NCBI GenBank assembly: GCA_963719225.1 | Contig: CAVRAY010000002.1 | Span: forward strand, 128,001 to 192,000 | Reading direction: 5' to 3' | DNA length: 64,000 nucleotides | From: Thermoanaerobaculia bacterium | Lineage (GTDB): Bacteria > Acidobacteriota > Thermoanaerobaculia > UBA5066 | In this document: in pieces, positions 24,444 to 34,187 of the stretch | Position numbering within the stretch: the stretch's first letter is position 1 | Layout of the letters: each line of letters begins with the position of its first letter | Notes under the pieces: model-generated | Told to the model about the DNA's origin: nothing | The model's database searches: none | What the model saw: only the letters and a program-made list of their open reading frames with translations | Translations under genes and position numbers: made by a program

Positions 24444-26360
24444 CTAGGACAGGATCTCCCGGACTTTGCTCGCGAGGATCCCGGGCGTGAACGGCTTCTG
24501 AAGAAAGGCATGCCCCGACCCGAGCTGGCCGCTGCGGACCACGCCGTCGTCCGTGTAGCCGGACATGAACAGGACTCGGACGCCCGGTCGCATCTCCTCC
24601 ACGCGGGACGCGAGCTCCGTTCCCGGCATGTCGGGCATGACGAGATCGGTCAGGAGCAGGTTGATCGGCCCCTCCTCCGCTCGGACTCGTTCCAGTGCGT
24701 CCTTCCCGCTGCCCGCGTCGATCACGCGGTAGCCGCGTCCCTCGAGAACCCGTTTCGCGAGAGCGCGGATCGCCGGCTCGTCCTCCACGACCAGGATCGT
24801 CCCGGTTCCGGAAATGGAAGGGGAGTCTGCCGCGCGCGGGACGCCTACCTCGGCGGCCTCTTCCAACCTTGGAAGGTACACCTTGAAGATCGTTCCCTTT
24901 CCCGGTTCGCTGTACACCCAGATGTTCCCGCCCGACTGCTTGACGATGCCGTACACCGTCGAGAGTCCGAGCCCCGTTCCCCTCCCCTTTTCCTTCGTCG
25001 TGTAGAAGGGCTCGAAGATGTGCGCCTGGGTCTCGGCATTCATGCCCGTGCCGGTGTCGCTCACGGCCACCATCACGTAGCGGCCCGGCTGGACCGTGAC
25101 GTGGCGCTGAGCGTAAAACTCGTCGAGATCGGCGTTGGCCGTTTCGATCGTCAGTCTGCCTCCGTTCGGCATGGCATCGCGGGCGTTGAGGACCAGGTTC
25201 ATGATCACCTGCTCGAGCTGCCCGTAGTCCGCACGGACCCTTCCCGCAAGCGCATCGAGCTTCGTCGCCAGCTCCAAATCCTCTCCGATCAGGCGCCGCA
25301 GCATCTTCTCCAGGTTACGAACCAGCTCGTTGACGTCGAGAACGACCGGCTCGAGCACCTGCTTGCGGCTGAAAGCGAGGAGCTGCTGAGTCAGCGCGGT
25401 CGCGCGCTCCGAAGCGCGGATCATTTCATCGAGCTCCTCGCGGCCGGGGTCGCCGGGCGCCAAACGTGAGGACAGAAGGCTTCCGTATCCGAGGATCGCC
25501 GTCAGGAGGTTGTTGAAGTCGTGCGCGACGCCGCCCGCGAGCCGCCCGACGGCCTCCATCTTCTGCGAGAGGCGAAGCCGCTCCTCGAGAACCTTCTGCG
25601 AAGAAAGGTCCACGATGTGGGCAATGCAGGCTCCTTCCGAGGCCGGCAGCATCGCGACGCCGATCAGGACCGGCACGCGCTTCCCGTCCTTTCGAAGGAG
25701 CTCCTTCTCCCAGGAAGACGCGACGCCCGTTCGCTGCAGCTCTTCGACCGCCTTCCTGTCTCGCTCGAGATGCTCAGGCGGGGTCAGCTCGTCCCACTTG
25801 ATCCTTCCCGCAAGGAGCTCCTCTCGGGTGTACCCCAGCATGTCCAGGTAGGCGTCGTTGGCCTCGAGCGTGCGGCCGGCGAGATCCGCGATCACGATCC
25901 CGATCGTGTGCGAATCGAAGAGCCGCCGAAACCGCTCCTCGCTACGCCGCATCCCCTCTTCGGCCTTTCGTCTTCCCCGCCGCTGCGCGGCCTGCGCGAG
26001 CTCTCGCCCGACCGCTGGAGCGAGGCGCGTCAGGCTTCCTTTCAGAATGAAGTCCTGCGCGCCCGCCCTCATCCCCTCGACCGCGACATCCTCTCCGACA
26101 GTCCCCGAGACGATGATGAAAGGCAGGTCGAGCCCGGACCTCTGGAGCGTCGCGAGAGCGGCCGGCGCGCTGAAAGCCGGCAAGTTGTAGTCGGAGATGA
26201 CGAAGTCCCAGGACTCCTTTTCGAGCGCGGCCTTCATCGCCTCGGCCGTCTCGACACGCTTCGAGGACACGTCGTAGCCGACGCGCTCGAGCTCGCGCGC
26301 CAGGAGGCGCGCGTCGTCTTCCGAGTCCTCGACGATGAGGACCTTGAGCGCTTCCGCCAT
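24444..26360 (-). CDS. Hybrid sensor histidine kinase (REC-PAS-HisKA-HATPase-REC)
   Basis: LIVEDSEDD, PAS region, GGVAHDFNNLL, NLVLNARDAM, GTGLGLS, C-terminal REC with LLTDLVMP and KPF. Confidence 0.93.
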   Translation of the reverse strand: MAEALKVLIVEDSEDDARLLARELERVGYDVSSKRVETAEAMKAALEKESWDFVISDYNLPAFSAPAALATLQRSGLDLPFIIVSGTVGEDVAVEGMRAGAQDFILKGSLTRLAPAVGRELAQAAQRRGRRKAEEGMRRSEERFRRLFDSHTIGIVIADLAGRTLEANDAYLDMLGYTREELLAGRIKWDELTPPEHLERDRKAVEELQRTGVASSWEKELLRKDGKRVPVLIGVAMLPASEGACIAHIVDLSSQKVLEERLRLSQKMEAVGRLAGGVAHDFNNLLTAILGYGSLLSSRLAPGDPGREELDEMIRASERATALTQQLLAFSRKQVLEPVVLDVNELVRNLEKMLRRLIGEDLELATKLDALAGRVRADYGQLEQVIMNLVLNARDAMPNGGRLTIETANADLDEFYAQRHVTVQPGRYVMVAVSDTGTGMNAETQAHIFEPFYTTKEKGRGTGLGLSTVYGIVKQSGGNIWVYSEPGKGTIFKVYLPRLEEAAEVGVPRAADSPSISGTGTILVVEDEPAIRALAKRVLEGRGYRVIDAGSGKDALERVRAEEGPINLLLTDLVMPDMPGTELASRVEEMRPGVRVLFMSGYTDDGVVRSGQLGSGHAFLQKPFTPGILASKVREILS

Positions 26361-26809
26361 CAGGCTCCTCTTCGAACGGGAGGCGCCTCGTTGAGAACGA
26401 GCCAGTAGAGGCCCATGTGCCGCGCCGCCTCCATGAACTGATTGAAGTCCACGGGCTTGCGCACGTAGCTGTTGGCCCCGAGCGCGTAACTGTTGACCAG
26501 GTCCTGCTCCTCCTTCGAGGAGGTCAGAACGACGACCGGCAGCAGCTTCGTCCTTTCGTCGGCGCGCAGCCGCCGCAGGACCTCGAGGCCGTCGATCTTC
26601 GGCAGCTTCAAGTCGAGAAGGACCATCGTGGGCATCTCGGCCATGTCCCGTCCCGCATGGCGTCCCGTTCCGAAAAGGTAATCCAGCGCTTCCACGCCGT
26701 CGGCCGCCACCACGATCCGGTTGGCGATGTTGTTCTTCCCGAACGCGCGAAGCGTCAGGGCGACGTCGTCCGGATTGTCTTCCACGAGCAGGATCGTCTT
26801 TTCTGCCAT
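26360..26809 (-). CDS. Single-domain response regulator (Rcp1-like)
   Basis: MAEKTILLVEDNPDD, LLDLKLPKIDG, VLTSS, NSYVRKPVDF. Confidence 0.92.
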   Translation of the reverse strand: MAEKTILLVEDNPDDVALTLRAFGKNNIANRIVVAADGVEALDYLFGTGRHAGRDMAEMPTMVLLDLKLPKIDGLEVLRRLRADERTKLLPVVVLTSSKEEQDLVNSYALGANSYVRKPVDFNQFMEAARHMGLYWLVLNEAPPVRRGA

Positions 26810-26819
26810 GTCTCCCCTC

Positions 26820-28031
26820 TCACAGCGTGAATCGGAAGGTTGCCCCCCCGCCCACCGCGCCTTCCGCCCAGACGCGTCCGCCGTGCCGGCGAACGATCCG
26901 CTGCACCGTGGCGAGGCCGATACCCGTGCCTGGGAACTCGGCCTCGGAATGGAGCCTCTGAAAGGCGCCAAAGAGCTTTTCGCCGTAGGCCATGTCGAAG
27001 CCAGCGCCGTTGTCGCGGACGTAATAGACCGGTCCGCTGCTCTGCCGTTCGACGCCGAACTCCACACGCGCCTCTGGCCGCTTCGATGTGAACTTGAAGG
27101 CGTTGCCCAGCAGGTTCTCCAGGACCTGCTGCAGGAGCGTCTGGTCTCCCTCGACGATGACTCCCTCCTCGATCCGGGTGTCCACGTGCCGGTCCGGCTC
27201 TGCGCGCGCCAGCTCGGCCACCACGCGGCGGGCCGTCTCGCTCAGGTCGACCCGCGACCGTTGCAGGCCCGCCCGGGTGACCCGCGAGAGATTGAGCAGG
27301 TCGTCGATCAGGCGCGACATCCGGCCGGCGCCCGCCCGAACCCGCACGAGCGCGTCCCGTCCCGAGTCCCCGAGCCTCTCCCCGTGATCCTCGAGAAGGA
27401 TCTGGCTGAACCCATCGATCGCCCGCAGCGGCGCGCGCAGATCGTGGGAGACGGAGTAGGCGAAGGCTTCCAGCTCCTTGTTGGCCTCTTCCAGCTGCGC
27501 GCTGCGTTCGGCCAGGACCTGCTCCGCCCGCTTGCGCTCTTCCTCGACCCGCTTGCGGGCGGTGTTGTCGGTGCCGATCAACAGATAGCCGATGATGGCG
27601 TTCTGGGCGTCGCGCAGCGCCGTGACGGACACCACCGCCGGGAACCGGCTGCCATCCTTGCGGAAGTAGGTCAGCTCGTAGATGTCCTCGATCCCACGCG
27701 AGGCTTTGAAGACCAGGGCTTCGAACCCAGGCGCAATCGGGGTCTCGAATTCGAGGCTCAAGGCGGTGGCGCGGGCGATCACTTCCTGCGGATCTGAAAT
27801 CTCGGCCGGCGTGATCTTGTTCATCACCTCCGCGGCCGTGTAGCCGAGCATCCGCTCGGCGCCGACGTTGAAGATCTGGATCACGCCCTTCGCGTCTGTT
27901 GCGATGCTCGAGAAATTGGCGCTGTTGAAAATCGCGCTCTGCAGGGCTCCCGTCGTCAGCAGAGCATCTGTGTGTCGAACGTCTGTCGCGACATCAGTCT
28001 CAGTGGCAGTACGTTTTTCGACGGGAAGCAT
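26820..28031 (-). CDS. Cytoplasmic PAS-domain sensor histidine kinase
   Basis: PAS (FNVGAERMLGYTAAEV...RKDGSRFP), SVSHDLRAPLR, NLLGNAFKFT, DNGAGFD, GTGIGLA. Confidence 0.9.
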   Translation of the reverse strand: MLPVEKRTATETDVATDVRHTDALLTTGALQSAIFNSANFSSIATDAKGVIQIFNVGAERMLGYTAAEVMNKITPAEISDPQEVIARATALSLEFETPIAPGFEALVFKASRGIEDIYELTYFRKDGSRFPAVVSVTALRDAQNAIIGYLLIGTDNTARKRVEEERKRAEQVLAERSAQLEEANKELEAFAYSVSHDLRAPLRAIDGFSQILLEDHGERLGDSGRDALVRVRAGAGRMSRLIDDLLNLSRVTRAGLQRSRVDLSETARRVVAELARAEPDRHVDTRIEEGVIVEGDQTLLQQVLENLLGNAFKFTSKRPEARVEFGVERQSSGPVYYVRDNGAGFDMAYGEKLFGAFQRLHSEAEFPGTGIGLATVQRIVRRHGGRVWAEGAVGGGATFRFTL

Positions 28032-28051
28032 GCATTCCCAGTATCGCCCCG

Positions 28052-30334
28052 TCAGGCCTTTTTCGTCTCCGGCGGATTCGCGCGCAGCGACCTCAGCCGC
28101 CTCTCCGCCTGCCCCGCCTTCCGGCGCGCGTCGCTCGCGTCTTCCTTGGGCCCCAGGATGCCGCGGATCGCCGCGAGAGCGCCCCAGCTCTCCGGGCGGA
28201 AGGGCGCCAGGCGCGTCGCTTCCTGCGCGGCGGCGAGGGCGTCCTCGAACGCGCCCTGGCGCTCGAGATGCCGTGCGTGCGCGGTCGCCATTTCCCACGA
28301 GTCGGAAAAGGCCTTTCGTCCTCTCGCGAGCAGGGCGACCCCTTCGTCGGCACGTCCGGTCCACTCGCGGTACCGCGCGAGCGTCAGGAAATCGACGGGC
28401 TCGCAGTGCGCGGCGTCCGCGATGATCTTCTCGAAGAAGCTCATCGCCGCGTCGTCCACGACACGGCGCCCGTCCATCTCGACGCCGAGGACGAAGCCTT
28501 CGGCGAAGGCGAGCGCGCGATTTCGCGCGAGCGCCACGCTGTCGGGGAAGACGGCGAGCGAGCGGTTGCACTGCGCGAGACAGGCCGCGTACTCGCGAAG
28601 GGAGAGGAGACACTTCGCAAGGAGCTCGGCGGACTCCCGCGCGCGGCGCGTGTCGCGCGCCTCCGAGAGCCCCTCGAGGACGGCGCGTGCCTCCGGCCAG
28701 CGCTCGAGGGCCGCGAAGGCTCGCGCGAGCGGAAGTCGCCACGAGGGATCCAGAGGAGCCTGTTCCCGCGCTTCCGAGAGAAGGGCGACGGCCTCGTGCA
28801 GGGAGGCGAAGCCCTCGGGAAGGCGTGCCTCGGAGACGTGCGCGGCATGCTCGACGAGCTGCTCGGCGACCGTCGAAAGAGAGCCGGCGTCCCGCGAGAC
28901 GGCGAGCCGCTGCCGCGCGGTGGCGACCGCGTCCGAAGTGAGCCCCTGGACCTGCTGCGCCTCGAGGAGACATTCGAGGAGCTTCGGGTTGCCTTCATGG
29001 GCGGCAAGCCCCGCTCGCGCGGCACGCTCGGCGAGCGCCGTGCGACGGAGAGCGAGGTGCGCCCGTGCCAGGAAGATGAACAGATCGACCGGCTTTTCGA
29101 CCGCGCCGGAGAGAGCGTCGAGGGCGGTGGCGGCCTCCGCCGGGCGGCCGAGCTCGAGGAGCCCTTGCGCGAACGTGAGCACGGCCGTCTGCTGCAGGGG
29201 GTCGTCGGGAAGCTCGCGCACGACAGAGGGCAGGACGACGCGCGAGAGGAGATCGACCGCGCCCTTCCAGTCGCCTTTCCCCGCGAGCCTCTTCGCTTCC
29301 TCGACGTCGCGCGCGGCGCCGCGAACGTCGACCGAGGCTCGCCCCTCCACTCCCCGCCCCGTGATGACCGCGCCGCCGGCGACGCGCGCCCGGAGCACGC
29401 CGACGTTGCGCGACGACGCCTGATAGCGCATTTTCGGAACGAAAGGCGTCACCGTGATGCCGCGCCGGGCCGCGGCCATCGTGAGGACGTTCACGAAGGC
29501 TTTCCAGTCGGAAAACCGGTCGTGACGCTCCCGCTGCAGGCAGCGCATGGTGACGTCCTCGGCTCCGAACGAGGTCTTGCGAAAGAGCCCGCTCGCGATT
29601 CGCGGGGGCTCGCCGCGAATTTTTGCCTCGCGGATCTCGTGCCACGTGCCGGAGAACGGAATGCGGCCGGTTTCCCACTCGTACATGAGGCAGCCGAGGC
29701 TGTAGATGTCGGACCTCAGGTCGAGCGGGACGCCGCCCAGGAGCTGCTCGGGCGAGGCGTAAGCCGCCGTGCCGAAGATCAGGTGTCCGCCGTCGGGAGT
29801 CGACTCCAGCTCGCCGTCGCCGAGAGGCGACGAGATGCCCCAATCGCTGACCGCGGCGCGCCCGAGCTCGTCGAGGAGGATGTTCTCCGGCTTGAGGTCA
29901 CGGTGCACGATGCGATGCTCGAGGGCGGCCCACTCCAGGGCGCCCGCGATGCGCACGAGCGTCCTGTAGAACAGCTCGGGATCCTTCGAGAGCATCTGCG
30001 ATCTCAGGCTTCCGCCCGCCATCCACCGCGAGCAGACGACCGGCATCTTCTCGAGCGGAAAGACGCACAGCGCCTCCACGATGCCGTCGCAGACGGAGAG
30101 GGTCAGCCAGACCTGGAGCTCGGCCAGAAATCGCTCGAAGTCCTCCTTGCTGTTGCCGCCGCGCGGCAGCGCTTTCAGCGCGAAGCTGGGGCCCGACGGC
30201 GTCTGCCTCACGCGCGCGCAAACGCCCATTCCTCCCCGGATGACGTCCATCACCGTGAACACATCCGAGTCGAAGCCCTGCGTCCGCGCGAGGGCGGGCA
30301 GGGACAACTCTTCTCCGGGGCGAAAAGGAACCAC
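28052..30334 (-). CDS. Ser/Thr protein kinase with C-terminal TPR repeats
   Basis: GGMGVCARV, FALK, HRDLKPEN, DWG in place of DFG, GTAAYASPEQ; Ala/Leu-rich helical repeats follow. Confidence 0.82.
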   Translation of the reverse strand: MVPFRPGEELSLPALARTQGFDSDVFTVMDVIRGGMGVCARVRQTPSGPSFALKALPRGGNSKEDFERFLAELQVWLTLSVCDGIVEALCVFPLEKMPVVCSRWMAGGSLRSQMLSKDPELFYRTLVRIAGALEWAALEHRIVHRDLKPENILLDELGRAAVSDWGISSPLGDGELESTPDGGHLIFGTAAYASPEQLLGGVPLDLRSDIYSLGCLMYEWETGRIPFSGTWHEIREAKIRGEPPRIASGLFRKTSFGAEDVTMRCLQRERHDRFSDWKAFVNVLTMAAARRGITVTPFVPKMRYQASSRNVGVLRARVAGGAVITGRGVEGRASVDVRGAARDVEEAKRLAGKGDWKGAVDLLSRVVLPSVVRELPDDPLQQTAVLTFAQGLLELGRPAEAATALDALSGAVEKPVDLFIFLARAHLALRRTALAERAARAGLAAHEGNPKLLECLLEAQQVQGLTSDAVATARQRLAVSRDAGSLSTVAEQLVEHAAHVSEARLPEGFASLHEAVALLSEAREQAPLDPSWRLPLARAFAALERWPEARAVLEGLSEARDTRRARESAELLAKCLLSLREYAACLAQCNRSLAVFPDSVALARNRALAFAEGFVLGVEMDGRRVVDDAAMSFFEKIIADAAHCEPVDFLTLARYREWTGRADEGVALLARGRKAFSDSWEMATAHARHLERQGAFEDALAAAQEATRLAPFRPESWGALAAIRGILGPKEDASDARRKAGQAERRLRSLRANPPETKKA

Positions 30335-30437
30335 CTGTCTTCGATTCTCTCACTCCCGCGACGCCGGACCGGTCCAGAACCGGAACGGACCTTTACGCGT
30401 ACGATGGCGCGCCCCGAATTTCCGAAGAGAGGACTCC

Positions 30438-32618
30438 ATGAGACGTCTCTCGCTCGCGGCGGCCGCCGCACTCGTTCTCCTCGCCGCGCCCGTCGCTCGC
30501 TCCCGGGGCGGCGATGCCGAAGAACACGCTTCAAAACCCCTCACGCTCGAGAAGATCTCGGAGCCGTCGCCCGACGGGGCCGGCGCCGGCGGCTTCGTCT
30601 GGCGCGACGCGAGCCACGTGACCTGGCTCGTTTCCGAGGGCGCCGGACCGGAGGCCTCCGCGACGCTCTGGGAGTTCGACGCCGCCCGTGGGACGAGGCG
30701 GAAGCTCTTCGCGCCGCTCTTCGTGAAGGATCGGGCGGGCAAGGAGCGGAAGCTCTCGCTTCGCGGCGGGAAGTGGAGCCCGAAGGGAGACGCTCTCCTC
30801 GTCCCCTTCGACCACGACCTGTGGCTCCTCGTTCCCGGCGGCGAGCCGAGACGTCTCACGAATGATCCCGACGACGAGGAGGCTCCCACGTTCTCTCCGG
30901 ACGGCTCGCGTCTGGCATACGTGAAGAAGTCCGACCTCTTCACGCTCGAGCGCGCGACCGGGATCGAGACCCGCCTCACGACGACGGGCGGCGAGCACGT
31001 CTTCAACGGCAAGCTCGACTGGGTCTACGAGGAGGAGCTCGCGCAGCGGGGCGCCAAGGGCGCGTACACGTGGGCGCCAGACTCCTCCGCGATCGCCTAC
31101 CTCCGCCTCGACGAGAACCGCGTGCCGGCGTTTCCCGTCGTGGATTTCACGCCCGTGAACGGCAAGGTCCTCCCCCAGCGCTATCCGAAGGCGGGCGACG
31201 AAAACGCGATTCCGTCGGTGCACGTCGTCGACCTCACCGGCAGGGAGACCGGCTCTTACGCGCCGGCGCCCGACGACGTCTACGTGGCGCCGGAGCTCTC
31301 CTGGACCTCCGACGGCAAGGAGGCCTGCTTCCTCGTCCTGAACCGCGCGCAGACGACGCTCGACGTCTTCCTCCTGCCGCGCATGGGCGGCGTTCCCAGG
31401 AGGCTTTTCACCCAGACCGACCCGGCCTGGATCAACGCGATCGAGCCGCCGCGATTCCTCGCCGACGGAACGTTCCTGTTCCGGTCCGAGCGCACGGGCT
31501 TCCAGCATCTCGATCGCCATTCGCCGGACGGCACGCTCCTCAACGCCGTCACGAAGGGCGACTGGATGATCGACGGGCCGTGGAGCGTCGACGAGAAGGC
31601 GGGGCTCGTCTTTTTCGTCGCGACCGAGAAGGATCCTCGCGAACGCCACGTGTACCGGGTGAAGCTGGACGGGAGCGGCTTCCAGCGCATCACCCAGGAG
31701 CGCGGCACACATTCGCTCGTTCCGGCTCCCTCCGGGGGGTCCTTCGTGAGCACGTACTCGAACGTCACGACGTCCCCGAAGACGTTCGTGCGCAGGGCCG
31801 ACGGTTCCCTCGTGGCCGTCCTCGTCGACGCGCCCGACCGGCTGGCCGGCTACACCCTCGGTTCCATCGAGATGGACTCTTTCCGCGGTTCCGACGGGAC
31901 GCTCTTCTACACGCGGCTCGTCAAGCCGGTGCCTTTCGATTCCTCGAAGAGGTATCCCGCGATCGTCTTCGTCTACGGCGGTCCGCATGCGCAGCTCGTG
32001 CAGGACCGCTGGGGCGCAGTTTCGGGAGCCATCCATTACCTCGCGTCGAAGGGATTCCTCGTGTGGACGATGGACAACCGGGGGTCGTGGGGCCGCGGGC
32101 ACGCGTTCGAGACGCCGCTGCTCGGAAACATGGGCGCGCAGGAGCTGAAGGACCAGCTCGAGGGCGTCGCCGTTCTCGAAAGAAAGCCGTTCGTCGACGC
32201 GGCGCGCCTGGGAATCTGGGGCTGGTCGTACGGCGGCTACCTGACGCTGTACGCCGTCACGCACACGAACGGGACGTTCAAGTGCGCGGTCGCCGGCGCG
32301 CCCGTGACGGACTGGAAGCTCTACGACTCGATCTACACCGAGCGCTACATGAGGCGCCCGAAGGACAATCCCGAAGGCTACAAGACCTCCTCGCCGCTCG
32401 AAGCCGCGAAGAATCTCTCGACGAAGCTTCTCGTCATCCACGGGACCGCGGACAACAACGTCCACATGCAGAATTCCATCGTCTTTCTGGACGAGCTCAT
32501 GAAGGCGCGCAAGGACTTCGTCTTCGTGCCCTTGCCGCGCCAGCAGCACGGCCCGCGGCGCGAGGCTCTTCTCTACAGCAACCAGCGCCTCGTCGAGTGG
32601 TTCGAGAAGAACCTATGA
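30438..32618 (+). CDS. Dipeptidyl peptidase IV (S9B family), secreted
   Basis: DWVYEEE, RYPKAG, VYGGPHAQ, GWSYGG, YDSIYTERYM, HGTADNNVH; signal peptide after SD GAGGA. Confidence 0.93.
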   Translation: MRRLSLAAAAALVLLAAPVARSRGGDAEEHASKPLTLEKISEPSPDGAGAGGFVWRDASHVTWLVSEGAGPEASATLWEFDAARGTRRKLFAPLFVKDRAGKERKLSLRGGKWSPKGDALLVPFDHDLWLLVPGGEPRRLTNDPDDEEAPTFSPDGSRLAYVKKSDLFTLERATGIETRLTTTGGEHVFNGKLDWVYEEELAQRGAKGAYTWAPDSSAIAYLRLDENRVPAFPVVDFTPVNGKVLPQRYPKAGDENAIPSVHVVDLTGRETGSYAPAPDDVYVAPELSWTSDGKEACFLVLNRAQTTLDVFLLPRMGGVPRRLFTQTDPAWINAIEPPRFLADGTFLFRSERTGFQHLDRHSPDGTLLNAVTKGDWMIDGPWSVDEKAGLVFFVATEKDPRERHVYRVKLDGSGFQRITQERGTHSLVPAPSGGSFVSTYSNVTTSPKTFVRRADGSLVAVLVDAPDRLAGYTLGSIEMDSFRGSDGTLFYTRLVKPVPFDSSKRYPAIVFVYGGPHAQLVQDRWGAVSGAIHYLASKGFLVWTMDNRGSWGRGHAFETPLLGNMGAQELKDQLEGVAVLERKPFVDAARLGIWGWSYGGYLTLYAVTHTNGTFKCAVAGAPVTDWKLYDSIYTERYMRRPKDNPEGYKTSSPLEAAKNLSTKLLVIHGTADNNVHMQNSIVFLDELMKARKDFVFVPLPRQQHGPRREALLYSNQRLVEWFEKNL

Positions 32619-32637
32619 GAAAGTGACGTGCCGGTTG

Positions 32638-32678
32638 TTGACGCCTGACGGGTATGACCATAAACTCATGACCATGAG
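32638..32678 (+). promoter_or_regulatory. Sigma70 promoter and autorepression operator of the TA operon
   Basis: TTGACG (32638), 17-nt spacer, TAAACT (32661); palindromes TATG-AC-CATA (32653) and CTCATG-AC-CATGAG (32665). Confidence 0.7.
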
Positions 32679-32904
32679 TGAAGTGACGCGCCAGATCCCA
32701 GCCGGAATCTTCAAGGCCAAATGCCTCGCACTCCTGGACGAGGTCGCGGAAACAGGCCGTAGCGTCGTCGTCACGAAGCGCGGACGGCCGGTTGCCCGCG
32801 TCTCGCCAGTCAAGGCCTCGCCACCCCGCCCCCTCCTGGGCAGCGTTCTCAAGGAGCGCGATCTCCTGACTCCGATCAAGGAGCGCTGGAAAGCCGACCG
32901 GTGA
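32674..32904 (+). CDS. Phd/YefM family antitoxin
   Basis: AGIFKAKCLALLDEVAETGRSVVVTKRGRPVARV; GTGA overlap with the toxin gene. Confidence 0.9.
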   Translation: MSEVTRQIPAGIFKAKCLALLDEVAETGRSVVVTKRGRPVARVSPVKASPPRPLLGSVLKERDLLTPIKERWKADR

Positions 32905-33287
32905 TCGTCCTCGACACCCATGCCTGGATCTGGTGGATCGCCTCGCCGCGAAAACTCTCCGCACCCGCGCGCCGTGCCATCGAAGAGGCGAAGGAGCTCG
33001 TGGTCAGCGCCATATCCCTTTGGGAGGTCGCGATGCTGGTCGCGAAATCGCGCCTCGTGCTCGACCGCGACGTCGGCCTCTGGATGAGGCAGGCTCTCGC
33101 GGCGCCCCGGATCCAACTCGTGCCACTTTCCCCGGAGATCGCCGTTCGTTCAACGGCTCTCGGCCGCGACTTCCAGGGTGATCCCGCCGATCGGCTCATC
33201 GTCGCGACGGCGCTCGAGCTCGACGCAGCTCTTATCACGAAGGATGATCGGATTCGTTCCTGGAAGAGGATCGTGACGATCTGGTGA
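32901..33287 (+). CDS. vapC: PIN-domain VapC toxin
   Basis: MIVLDTHAWIWW, SAISLWEVAML, DPADRLIVATA, LITKD. Confidence 0.92.
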   Translation: MIVLDTHAWIWWIASPRKLSAPARRAIEEAKELVVSAISLWEVAMLVAKSRLVLDRDVGLWMRQALAAPRIQLVPLSPEIAVRSTALGRDFQGDPADRLIVATALELDAALITKDDRIRSWKRIVTIW

Positions 33288-34116
33288 CGACGAGGCCGAC
33301 CCTGAGCGGCTCTCCTCCCACGTCCTCGAACCAGCCTTCGAACTCGCGGACGAGATCGAGCTCGAGAAAGTACGTGCCGGCGGAGCCGGGAGCCGGACGT
33401 CCATGTCGATCCACTCCCCGGGCCGGACCCTTCCGGAGAGCGCGCCGCGGTATCTCCGGTAATCCCATTCCAGGACGTTCTCGGCTTCGTCCAGGAGGTG
33501 AACGCCCAGGAGCACCGCGCCGCGCTCTTCCTCCCGGCCCGCGGAGGCTTCCCACGCCGCCGTGCCCACGTTCCAGACACGAATCGCGAGAAGAACCTCG
33601 CCCGCTTCGGAAACCGATACGACGCTCTCCCGGGCGACGAACCGCGCCCGATAGCTTCCGGCGCGGGCATCGTGGGACGCGTCCCCGGCCTGCGTGCACA
33701 CGAAGAGATTTCTTTCGACGGAGATCGGGACGTGCCGGACGTCGCTGAATCCGACCGAAGAGAGGAGCGCCGCGAGACTTGCCGCCGAAGGCAGGAACCA
33801 GTTGTAGACCGCCTCGGCCGCATCGGGCTCGTTCTCGATGTAGAAGGCCGGAACGAGCCTCCGCACGAGCCCGCCGACGGAACGCGTCTGGGCGCTGCCC
33901 GTCCACTCCTCCACGCCCGCGATCCCGAAGCAGACCCCGAGCACCTTCGGCAGCGTCATACGGTCGGAGGGGACGAAAAAGTGCGCGAGAGCGAGGCCGA
34001 ACGCCGGGATCGTGGCCTGAAGCACGGCCGCGAGGCCGGACGACGTGCGCTGCTCGCCCCAGAAGACGAGGCCGTAGTTCACGGAGGACGCACCAGACGA
34101 CGACGGCGAGCGGCAC
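33235..34116 (-). pseudogene. Mosaic pseudogene: EamA/DMT transporter fragments joined to the 3' part of a methyltransferase-like/Ig-like-domain gene
   Basis: MPLAVVVWCVL, then a frame change to SVNYGLVFWGEQRTSSGLAAVLQATIPAF (EamA). Then an abrupt switch to YNWFLPSAASLAALLSSVGF...VWNVGTAAW...GVHLLD, and a frameshift near 33380 to GTYFLELDLVREFEGWF. Confidence 0.7.
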
Positions 34117-34187
34117 GCTCCGAGGTTAGGGCAGAGAGCGCGATGCGCCCGCCCCGGATCGACCAAGGGGGTCCGGACCGATTCGGC

